Part shown: in pieces, positions 52,047 to 64,000 of the stretch
Position numbering within the stretch: the stretch's first letter is position 1
Layout of the letters: every line of letters begins with the position of its first letter
DNA from: the human T2T-CHM13v2.0 reference genome, Homo sapiens
NCBI RefSeq assembly: GCF_009914755.1
Contig: NC_060941.1
Reading direction: 5' to 3' (one strand)
Length of the DNA stretch: 64,000 nucleotides
The notes under the pieces: model-generated
What the model saw: the letters and a program-made list of their open reading frames with translations, nothing else
What the model was told of the DNA's origin: nothing
The model's database searches: none
Position numbers and translations under genes: made by a program

Positions 52047-53971
52047 CACACACCTGAGAAAAACTAAGTAGCCCAAACTTGTGTAGCTTGTCTATGACAT
52101 AGGAATTCACACTGTCCTAGAGCTCCCTGCCTTTTAAATGCCTTCACTGGGGCTGCCTGCCCTTCCCCCAGACCTCTATCTTTTATTGTTACAAAACTAA
52201 ATGATGACATTTGGATTTATGTATTTTTCACCATTTCTATAGCGCCTTTGGAGAAAAGGCAGTATATAAAATCAATCGATAAATAAGTAAACACAAATAA
52301 TAAAAATTCCTGCCTCAGATTCTGCAGAGAGAGCAAAAAGTCCTCCTGTTTTTTAATCACTAAGTCACCAATCATTATAACTGGTGGGAAGTGTAAACCA
52401 TAGAAACATATTCAGAGCTTGCTATACTTTAACAACACTTATTTTGGAGGCAGGAAGCATGAGGAACAAAAGGTTTTTTTTTTTTAAACCTACTTGAATT
52501 ATAGCTGTAGGAACAGTTAAGAAATAAATCTCCTCTCACCTCCCAGATATAACCTTAGAGAAAGAGGTGGAAGGAGGAAATGAGATGAGGGAGGAGTCTG
52601 AAACTGGATTCTAGACTTTGCTAAAAGATCAATGCTTTCTGAATGGAGTTTAATATGAAATTGGCCATAGGAAGCTTACAGTTACTCCACCCAAGCTGTC
52701 CACATGAAGTGTTTCTTTTCTGCACTGGTGATGGAAGTTGGTTGAGAAAAGATATATGTGGAACATGGGCGGGTCAGAACAGATTTTCATTTGGAATTCT
52801 GTACAGTAAGTAGACAACAGAAGGAAATAGGTTTCAGAATGGACCTAATCACATGTGTTCACTATCATGAGGTACTTGCAGCTACACTCACATCCGTGCA
52901 TCACACCCGCCTCCACTGCTTTCTTTCTCTCCTGCTTTGGCGCATGACTTCTGAGGCTGCATCTTCGTTGTCTCTTCTCTTCCCTGGGAGAAGCTGGACC
53001 CTTAGGAAGTTGGGTCCTGAACCTTTTAAGTATTCACTTTCTGTAGAGAATGAACCTAGAAATGGGGGTTTTGCTGGATGGATAAGGAGAGAAGAAAAAG
53101 CACAAGGAAAGGAGAGAGGAGAATAGGAAAAGACAGGGCTAGATAATGGAGAAGGAGCAGGGAGGGAAAGAGGGCAAGAATTCCTAGGCTTAAGATTTTC
53201 ATAGACTCCCTAAGAAAAATATCAGCCAGTATCTAAATCAGTCATGATTAGGGCTCTGCCGACGGAACGAATGTCCTTGAGGTGGCCCTTGCAATGTGCA
53301 GCATTCCTTTACTGACAACCATGGAATAGGTCCTTGGTCCACTTAAGGAGGCTTCAGAGGGGCATCTGACCTTAGAAAGGATGGGCTCACTAACAGCCTG
53401 AAGCATGGTTAACAGTCTGGGATGAATAAGATGTAATTTTATATTCAACAAACCTGTTACATATTCATTTCCAAATGTGCCTGGAATCAAACCAGGCTAT
53501 CAGAAGTCAGCATCACCAAGGAATTTTATCTTTCACCCTGTGTTCACTTTTCAGATCTGACACATTTCCATTCCCCTCTGAACTTGCAATCTCCGGGCCT
53601 CTCAGAGAGGAGACATTTCCATTCTTTCCATTCTCAATCCTCTGATCTCTTAGAGATGAGGCAATTCTATTTTCACTGTACTGATATAAGAAATATTGAT
53701 AGGAAAAAATAAATGTCTGGTTTGGCTTCCCACCCGCTCTAGGATAAATCTTGGCTGTTCTGGGAACATTAATTAAAGTGAATGTATGGCTGCTTTTAAA
53801 GTTTAGGTATTTCCCTACCCAGTCACTTTATTTAGGGCTTTGGGGTTCACACACAGGTACCCTCTTAATTATTGAGTTCAGTAATTTTTGTAGTCTCAGA
53901 GAAAGGTGCTTTCTCTAATCAGAAGCCCATAATGTCCTACCCAGTGCCTGTGCATTTAGAAGCTCTTATAC

Positions 53972-54022
53972 CTCCTTTTCGTCGAGTGCCACTCTCATCC
54001 TCTTCTAGATCATGCTCTTCAT
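53972..54022 (-). CDS. SKAP1: SKAP1 51-nt coding exon
   Basis: Acceptor atttatccccccag|AT, donor G|gtataa. Translates (D)EEHDLEEDESGTRRKG, phase 1/1, joining the flanking exons in frame. Confidence 0.93.
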
Positions 54023-54076
54023 CTGGGGGGATAAATGATCAGTATTAGCAATTAGTGGTTCACAGTCTCATGTTCT

Positions 54077-54783
<707 letters not shown>

Positions 54784-55096
54784 TAAAAAAAATATTAATT
54801 TGTCACCTTCAAACTGGCCCTCTCCTTCCCTTCCCTTTCATTTATTCATAAGCATGTTGAAGTGCTCATTACATGCAAGACATTGCACTAGGAACTGGGG
54901 ACAAGCAATAAACAAGACTGTCAGAGTTCCTGCCCTTGTGGAGCTTCCAGTCCATTGGATTATTTAGATGTCTATCACCAGAATCCTAATCCTTTTTCTC
55001 AAACTCCATTTCTCCTTCCCTCTGGAATTCTCTTCAAAATTATTATCTCTATGCAAGCATTCTCTCTAGTTTTAAGCATTCTAGAGTTAGGATGTT

Positions 55097-55100
<4 letters not shown>

Positions 55101-55132
<32 letters not shown>
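55101..55132. repeat. (TG)16 microsatellite
   Basis: Perfect 32-nt TG run. Confidence 0.97.
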
Positions 55133-55134
<2 letters not shown>

Positions 55135-55149
55135 CAACCCTCTGTGATT

Positions 55150-55473
<324 letters not shown>

Positions 55474-56261
55474 TTAATCCTTAATGTATCCATCTTTGTT
55501 CAGCTGTAATGGAGGCTGGTCATGTACATAATTTTATGTTCCTAGTACTTGGGGCTTGTAGTTATCTTTTTACTGTTTTTATTCAGCATGTCTTGTTCAT
55601 TAGAGTATAAGCTCCTGAGGGTAGCTGGAATGGTCTTTTAATTAATTGCCGTAGATTCACAATGGGTTCTAACTCAATGCCAGTGTCTAACTCCAGTCAA
55701 ATGTTTATACGGTCAAAGTCATAACATAATTGGCCTAAGTTTCTTACTCCCATTAACCGGTTTCATCTCGTCACATTACCCGATAAAATAGGAATTGGGC
55801 CCTTATAATGTAAATATGTGTACCAGAATCATATTTAGCTATTTTATACATGGGGCAAAGTGAAGAAAAATACACTCGTTATTCTTTTCACTACCACCAT
55901 GCTCTTTTCCCACTCTCTCACTCACACATATATACACACATATGCACAGTAGATAGGGTATAGTAAGCAATGTTTTGAGGGCTGAATACTCAGCTCCTCC
56001 TGGCCACATTTACTTTCCTTTCTCCTGAGTCTTAATGACATTTGCTTGTCTTGCTTCTCCATAGTTTTGCCACTAAATGAAACTTTGACATTTCTCTTTC
56101 TTTTTTTAAATGTAATGTTTATAGGGCAATATGAGTTCCGGTATGCCAAACTGGGGAAGTAAGCTCCAAGCTCATAGGTAAGAAGGAGCAGCATAAAAAT
56201 ATATTAGAATACTATAAAGCATTAAAGGAGTAATTGATTTCAAGTAAGAAAGAGACTGATA

Positions 56262-56568
56262 TGGCCAGGTGTGGTGGCTCATGCCTGTAATCCCAGCACT
56301 CTGGTAGGCTGAGATGGGAGGATCACTTGAGCCCAAGAGTTAGACACCAGCATAGACAACAGAGCAAGACCCTGTCTCTATAAAAAATAAAAATAAAAAT
56401 TAGCTAGGCACAGTGATGCACACCTGTAGTTCCAGCTACTTGGGAGACTGAAGCAAGAGGATTGCCTGAGCCCAAGAGTTTGAGGCTGCAGTAAGCCATG
56501 ATTGCGCTACTGCAGTCCAGCCTGGGCCTGGGCAACAGAGCGAGACCTTGTCTCTAAAAAAAAAAAAA
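56262..56568 (+). mobile_element. Alu (AluJ-like)
   Basis: Diverged sense Alu. Confidence 0.88.
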
Positions 56569-59500
56569 GGACGGATACTCTGGGAAATAAAATATATATA
56601 TATATGCCCTACAATATAGTATGGGAAAAGGAGCACTTTGACTCAACAGTTCTTATAGCCATGTATGATCTAGCAGCAGAGAATGTTCTACTTGACACCT
56701 GTAGTGCTCCCTCAACCCTACCACGAGGAATAAAACAACCTAAGCTAATGGAGGAGTGAAATCAAATATAGGAAACAGATCATGCTGAAATAAACCACAT
56801 TAAACATTCTTTGCACATTGTCTTCTCGTTACTCGTCCACTTCCTTCCTTTCTCAGCTATGATGCATTTCTTTTTTGACATGGGACTAATTTTAGGATTG
56901 GAAACATTAGAGGAAAAGTTGGTACAACCTCAGTTTTAGAGATACCCAATAATTTGGACAGAGAGCAGCTCTTTTGTTGATATCAAACAACTCCATCACA
57001 AAGACCAATAATTTGCTGTGCTTAGGCACTTTTGCAGAGGTTTATTCTACCTCTGCTGTCTGTGCGCAGCTGTCTCTTCCTCCCAATTCTAATCAATGTA
57101 AATTGGGTCAGATCTCCACTGTGAATTACAAATTGGATCCGAAGTTGGAGGGTCACAGTGCTGCTACTCCACCTCCTTCCCACCACCATTAGATGGGAAG
57201 CTTCACCAAAGATCTTTTCTAAATAAATCAGACTTTATTGTAAAACTCGGCCACTGACGAGACATAACCTCATTAGCATTGATTTTAAAATAAATTATTG
57301 AAAGTGGCTTGCCTGCTCTTTGCATTTGTAAAATAGGAGAATGTAAATGTATTTGCAATGATAAAAATGAAAACTAAAACTTAATTCCTTTATTCTTTCG
57401 GGCAACAGCACTTAATCTAGTCATAATACAAAGATGGAACAATAGAAATGTGTTCTATGCAGTTCAGTTCCAGACCAGTTACTCTTGATTTCCACTGCAC
57501 TTTTGGAATCAACTAGAAAGAAAAAAAAAACATTGGCTATAGAGCTTTTATATCATTCACCGCCATTACTAAGCTCTACGATGATGGATGTAAACGGGGA
57601 AGCTCCAATCCCCACATCTGTTTTATCTAACACCGTCCTTCCCAGGTGGCTGAAAGTAGGCTCAAATCAAGAAGCCTTCCCATTGATGGGCTTGGCGCTA
57701 TGCCTCTGGGGTCTTTGGAAGACTGGGTAGGGGGCACTGTCACATAGTGAAGGAAAACACCATTCACAGCTGGTTGTGAAAATTACACCCCTAGACACCT
57801 CCCTAGGTTCAGAGGGCACAATACAAATAGGCATACAAGTTATCTCAGATCTTTCCATGAAACTGAACAGGTGTCTTTGCAACCCCAGAGTCAAAGACAA
57901 CTATTATATGGCAACAGAAAAAAAGTCTTGTTGCTCACAAGAAGGGGTGGGTTAAATAGCTAAAGTTCTCATTTTTATTAATCTTTAATGTGACACTTTA
58001 ATTTTAAGAGACTATTTTGAAAAATATTTTTTAGGCTAAAGAGCTTGTTGAATTTCTTTATAAGAATATTATTAGGCATTTCAGCATTATGTCTACTGAA
58101 ATACATCTTCATTTAAGAGTGAATTAAAATTTATGTGCTAGCTCAACTTTAAACAGTAATGGATTATAATGGTCCTTGCTCCTAACAGGGCATATGGGAC
58201 CCCAACCTTACATAGGTTTTAAACAAATTAACCTCTAAAGATTACTGTCCACTTATCACATTAAATGCTCTACTTGATCCCCAAATATCTCATCTCAATT
58301 GGGAAAACAGTTGAAGAAGATTCTGTTAACTGTGTGAACATGTAAGAGAACCACGGGGCATCACAAATGAGCATCAGTATCTGGAGAGTCGATTTCAATA
58401 AACATTCTTGGCACAATGTCAGGGACACTAATGAGAGGCTGAGAGGAATAGGACACTGAATCCACCTCAGAGGGACAGAGAGGAGCCAGCAGCTTCTCAT
58501 GACACCTGGCTATTTTCTGAAGTGCTGCTCTGACACTCCTCTGACATTGGCTACACTGATATCAGAAAGAATAACATTAGAAAAAAATGACTAAATCAGA
58601 AAGAGGGGAAATCAGTTACTTCCCCAAATAAAGAAAGTGATAAAAGCTTCAAAAAATGCCAACTGTGTAAATGTGCAACCAGATGTCAAGGTGCTGTGGT
58701 GACAGATGCAACAGAAATACAGATAGACTCAAGGTGCAAAGGGGACATGCAGAAAAGTAGAAATAAACTGCTCCCCCGCATGCACAGATATGTTATAAAT
58801 CCACGGATGTATAGCACCTCATCAGACAACATGCAAAATACAAGCAAGATGCTAATAACACATTTAATTCTCTGTTGTGTATTTGGTTATCTCAACTGTT
58901 AGCTCAAAATATTCGCATCCTATTTCAGTGATATGGGCTTGATGTATAAGATATTAAACTCAATTTGTGCTAACTGCAACACTTGGAATGCACTGAATTT
59001 AACTTCACAAATAATACCTAAGCATCTACTAACTGGGGAGAAAGACCTGAATACAAATCACTGGTGAGGGCTAAAACAAAGCTTAATTCCAGTTGAGTAT
59101 CTGGGAAGGTGTCACTGAGGAGACATATTTGAGCAGAATGTGTATGATTTCACAGGCTGAGATCAGGGGGATGGTCTAGGTAGAAGAAACAACATGATTC
59201 TAGTTTTGGTGCTGGCCAAGCAGCACTGTGTGGCTGGGGCTCAGTGGGCATGGGAGTAAGACAGAGAAAAGGCCAGAAGTTCAGAGGAGGCCTGATGTTG
59301 GTGTTGACTCTTCCCTGATGCTCTTTCTTCATAAACTTTGTATTTTTGGTCTCTATTTTGTTTCATTTCCTTAGACTTCTTATCTTCACTGTTCCCCCTT
59401 CCTGTGGGTCTGAACAACTGTACAGGGGGAAAAATAATTCCACAGAATGCTTGTTTCCATTTGACTCAAAATTTTAAAAACTCAGTTATATGCTTTATTT

Positions 59501-59817
59501 TAAAGCAATCTGGTTTCTAGGTCTATAATAACACCCTGGGGCAGTGTGGGCAGCATTGGAATGTGCACAGAAATTCCCAAAGATGGCTCGTCATCTCTCT
59601 TTCCATTTGCTCTTCTGAAATCTCTCTAGAGAACACAGCCAGATTCCGTTGCCATTGCAGCTGCTACAAGGCCCCAGTTACAGCACTTCAATGGTCTCAG
59701 ACGTCTTGCTGGATCCCAGCCTTGAGACCTCAGACAAAGCGAAACCTGACAAAAGTTGTCCTTTTATGGAATCTTGAATCATGGAGCTGGGCCTATGCTG
59801 GCCTGTAAAATAACTTC

Positions 59818-59838
59818 GGTGGTGGTGGTGGTGGTGGT
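59818..59838. repeat. (GGT)7 microsatellite
   Basis: Seven perfect GGT units. Confidence 0.9.
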
Positions 59839-60679
59839 GAGAGAGGGCTCAGAAAAGCCTCCATTTTCTACATATTGCTTTAGCATTTCTTTGTGGTAGT
59901 TCCCTGCAGTTTAATCTACTGCAAATGAGATCCTAAAAAAATCAAGGGCCCACATATGCTCAACACGGATGTTCAGAAATTCCACCAGATACCAACCTTG
60001 AAACCATATTTTCCAGGACTAACGTTTTTGTGGCCTGGCTGAAAACCTTGAGGGCTCTGGTTTTCCCTCAAGGGGAGAAGAGTGCTAGCCACATAGCAAA
60101 TGCTAATTATCCCATGATTAATGTGATGGAGTGAGTTTAATGTGATGACCCATGCGTTATTTTGATTACAAAAAAACATTTTTTATTGACTTGGTATGTA
60201 TTACATACACTTTTCTCCCTATTAGGAAGCCCATCTAAATTATACTCTGGAAGGAAGGTCTCACTTACATGGCTTTCCCTATAGAGACAGTGTGGGCTTG
60301 TGTGGGCCCCATCCCAAAAGGGAGGATTAGCAGAACCGTCAATGTTAAATATCCTCCACAAAGCACATTTACCTATTATAAGGAAACAAATGTTAGAGGC
60401 CCACATCATTTGACTCTTGATGGGTATGCAATGTTAGCACAATCCAATGTTACTGTAGGCTGTCCCTCCACCCAGCACCTGGCCTCGTAGTCAAAATGGG
60501 CCTGAGCAGAAGGTGCACTCCACATTCCATCTGCTCAGGATTTTCAGTTTCACCTGCTCCATACACATAGCTGGAAATAACCAACTGGACTGTCTCAGGT
60601 CTGGTTCGAGAGGGCAGGGACCTAACCATCCCCAGTTCTTCAAGGAGGTAACACTTCCTGTTTAAACACCATCACATTA

Positions 60680-60935
60680 ATAACAGCCAGCATTTACTGA
60701 GTACTCACTGTATGCCATTGTTTGCCAGGGTTCTGTGCTAAGAACTTTACACATGTCAGTTCCAGACTCCTCAGCACATCCATCTGAGACAGCTACTATT
60801 GTTTTCCCTGTTTTGCAGGTAATACAATCAGACAGAGAGGGCAAGTAACTTGCTCAAGATCTCACAGCTAGCAGGTGGCAGAGCAAATCCATCCTGATTT
60901 AGAGCTAGTATCTGTGCCTAGGATACCATTGCTGT
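60680..60935 (-). mobile_element. MIR SINE
   Basis: catttactgagtactcactgtatgcca...ctgtgctaagaactttacac...aagtaacttgctcaagatctcacagctag. Confidence 0.8.
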
Positions 60936-63423
60936 CTCATGTGCCGCTGCTTGGTAGATGGTCTTATGAGAGGGCAGCAGAAAGGAGACAGTGTTAGGCC
61001 CCCTCACATTCCCTTCTTAATTTCTCCAGGTGTGGCACTATGCAAAATTCAAACAGCAAGTTCAGAAGCAACAGCTAAGTGGAGTGGACAGGAAGCTGGA
61101 TGATGGAAACTTGTGGCTGAAATATTCATATCATAATTAAATGCCAATATATCCCACCTCCAACTCTGACTCTAAGAACTGTGATGGATAGAGGCTTATG
61201 GGAAAGAACCTGTTGGCTGGGTACAGTGTTGTCCTTTGGAAACTAGGTGCAGTTTAGCTGTTGTTTCCCTAACCTGCAGAAAGAGATCCTGGATTTCCTA
61301 CTGTGTGGCCTTCCTCACTTCCAATGGGCAGCTGTTGTGGATAGAGGTTAAATGTACCTACAGATGAGTCTTCATGCCCTTGGGGCCACTCCAACATACC
61401 AGCTGGTGTAAATTTTGGAAAAATGCCCTGATACTCTGGGCGGTGCTGCATTGGCCAAGGGGAGGAGTTTAGGAGGCAGGAGAAAGATGGTCATTAGGAA
61501 GCCAATCATACCTTCATTGCCCACTCCTGGGGTAAGGTGACAGTCCCAAACTCATCTTATTTTTTGAGGACTCTTCCTCTTTATTCACCTTTGCTCTGTG
61601 TCTCTAAGCATCAGCCCCCGCCCCCCGACTCCTTTGAAAACGAAACATGGTGCAGAAAAAGGCCCTTTCTTTCCACCCGAGAAGGTTCACTGAGGTTTTC
61701 CCAGAGCATTCTTCCACAGTTGTAACCCAAAGTGGAGTGTCACCCGGATATTTCCCCAAGCCTGGGCAGGAGTGAGCAGAATGTGAGCTCACTAGGAAGA
61801 TTCTGGCCAAGCTGGGGAATGCATCTCCTTTTAGGGAGTATTGTGAATTAGATCCATTTCTGCACCCTGCTGTTGCAATGGAGCCGACTGTGAAAGGGAA
61901 GATTCTCAGAGGAGCTGTGTTTTAATGTAGCAATTTGATTCAATTTTCCACTCTATAAAATTACCCATCACTGCTCGTTGCTTTCTAACAGACACCTTCA
62001 CTCTTAATTTAACAATCCTATCGAATTCTGCCAGGGAAATTGGAAAAATTTATCACCTGTGAAATTTTATTTTCCTTTGGTTGTATCTGTTTTTGTAAAA
62101 CTTCATTAACGACGATGACTTGCTGAGGAAATTATCATTTTTTTTAACGTCAGACACAAGAAATGGCTCGACCTCAACCAAGATATCATTTGCATAATAA
62201 AACACAACAAAAAGGCTGGAGAAGTCGGGACTGGTAGAGGCTGGAAGTGCTAGGAGAAGAAGCAGGCTCTCCTTGGAGGGTGGGTGAAGTCCCCAGCAGG
62301 GCAGGGACATGTGGTCACAGTCCTGCCACTTGACTCAGGAAGCAAAGACGTAGCTTCTTCCCCAGGAAGAGATGAATGCAGTGTGGAGAGGGTTGGACGC
62401 TCTTCTTAGGAAGCCTTGAAATGCAAGTTGCCTACTGATGATGCTTTCAGCAACCAGCCCTGTCTTCAGGGACTTGAGTGTTAGATTCACCTTAGCTCTT
62501 AGGTTCATCTGGGATTGAGGTTCATCTGGGTTCATCTGGGATCTAAATTGTTATAAATTTAGGCTTAACTTGAATTTCTCAGCAGAGCACTGAACTCCTG
62601 GCAAATTTCCATAGGAATGATCTTTCTGAATGGACTTGAAGATTAGCGTTCCTGTGGTCTAACTACTTCACAATTAAAAGGCTCAGGCTTTGGTTCTCCA
62701 CTGTCTGACCCCCACTGAGCTTTGCACCATTCACCAGCTGCTGTTATCCCCACCAGACATGGCTATGCAGAAGCAGTGATGACTATACATTTTTTGAGAT
62801 GCTAGTTTTCATGCCTTTGGAAGAAAGGAAATATATTGAGTAGACCTGCTGTAATGATGAGCAGATAAAACATGTTAGGGTTATTTTTAAGAGATGTGAT
62901 TTGATTCATGGTATATCTGAACTAGGTAATAATGAGTTGTTCTCTATCAAGGTTTACTATCAAGGTTTGGTCTATCAAGGTATTACTAGAAAGGTTGGTC
63001 AGCATTTGCATATTTCAGAGTTTTGAAATCCTTCATAATTTTGAAGCGATTTTCCATTATTCTCACAACTACACACCAAAAAGTTGAAACTAGAGAATTT
63101 TGATGACTCATTCCAAAACTCACAATAAACCAATAAAAACCAACGTAAGTATTGTTGACTCTTTAACCTGGTGGACACATGTAAAAAGTTACTTCACATG
63201 GCATGGATAGAAGACACTCATTAATCAAATTCTTCTTGCTCCCAGAGCAAGGCAGAGCCTCATTACCCACTTCCCTACAATCTCATAAAGCGTCCCACAT
63301 TATCTCCTTCAGAGGATGAGGGTTAGATTTGGCTTCCTTTGGAATTTTCAAAGTTATTATTCTTCCACCAGGTCATGAATTTCTGAAACTAGCATAAGAT
63401 AATCAGAGGACAAAATTTCTCAC

Positions 63424-63618
63424 CTGGCAAGACTTCATAAATATCTTCTTCTTCTTTCTCCTCTGTAGGCTCTTTTATCCCCACACTCCCAGGCAAGATA
63501 GTGGGTCTGCACTGGGAACCACAACTTGGGGAGTCAAAACCATCAATATCATCATATGTCTCTTCTTTTTCTTCTTCCTCCTCATCCTCTTCATATGGAA
63601 TGGTTAAGGAGCTCAGAT
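63424..63618 (-). CDS. SKAP1: SKAP1 coding exon (acidic linker with YEED, YDDI and YEVL tyrosine motifs)
   Basis: Acceptor ttgccttgttag|AT, donor G|gtgaga. Translates (D)[64 protein letters not shown], recognised as SKAP55. Confidence 0.96.
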
Positions 63619-64000
63619 CTAACAAGGCAAAGATGAGAATGAATCAAGAAACAGAGAAAAAGAAAATAAGACAGGAAAGGAAAGAGGGAGAAGGAGGAGG
63701 AGGGATGAGAGTAAAATATGTCAAATGAAAATGAAACATTAGGTTAAATGCTATTATTTCTAATGTGGGCTTTGGTGGCAGGAAATCTACAGAAAAGGCC
63801 AGAATAGCACTGCATCAGGTTTAAACCATCAACATAAATCCTTCCTTGCAATAAAACTTGATCAGAGTGAAGCAGCCTGAAAAGTATGGGTGTGTGAATG
63901 AGAACATGAGGCAAAGGGAAGAAAATAGGCCAGAAGAGGAAAAGCCAGTGTGCTGTACACAGCTTATCACGTAGAAAACTGGAAGGGTGAGTGAAGGCTT

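Noticed and set aside
63389-63423. Alternative SKAP1 C-terminus [11 protein letters not shown] by read-through of the donor
   Set aside because: Strong G|gtgag donor and no nearby minus-strand poly(A) signal; an ORF-caller extension into the intron.
63501-63728. + strand Ser-rich ORF
   Set aside because: Antisense shadow of the SKAP1 poly-Glu codons and polypyrimidine tract.

Overview
Human genomic DNA, very Alu-rich. I recognise it as the SNX11/SKAP1 interval next to the HOXB cluster on 17q21.3. The + strand holds the last two exons and 3' UTR of SNX11 (2327-2539, 4596-~6110). The - strand holds the last five exons of SKAP1/SKAP55 (63424-63618, 53972-54022, 45837-45937, 20598-20706 and a non-coding terminal exon ~16810-17187), so the two genes converge across a ~10.5 kb gap. 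MIR1203 lies in a SKAP1 intron. The rest is roughly 45 Alu pieces (several nested), MIR/L2/L1M/MLT1/MER20/hAT/MamSINE1 relics, microsatellites, and Alu-free intronic blocks rich in developmental transcription-factor motifs. Almost all ORFs in the supplied track are Alu-derived or chance ORFs. I found no support for a wholly new gene system. Best leads: (i) a CAGTAG tandem acceptor that changes the spacing of the SKAP1 RKxxYxxY SH3-ligand motif, and (ii) a possible long-range HOXB-type enhancer landscape inside SKAP1 introns (DR5 RARE, triple CDX/HOX site, RFX boxes, CTCF sites). Regulatory calls rest on motifs only, and repeat boundaries are approximate.
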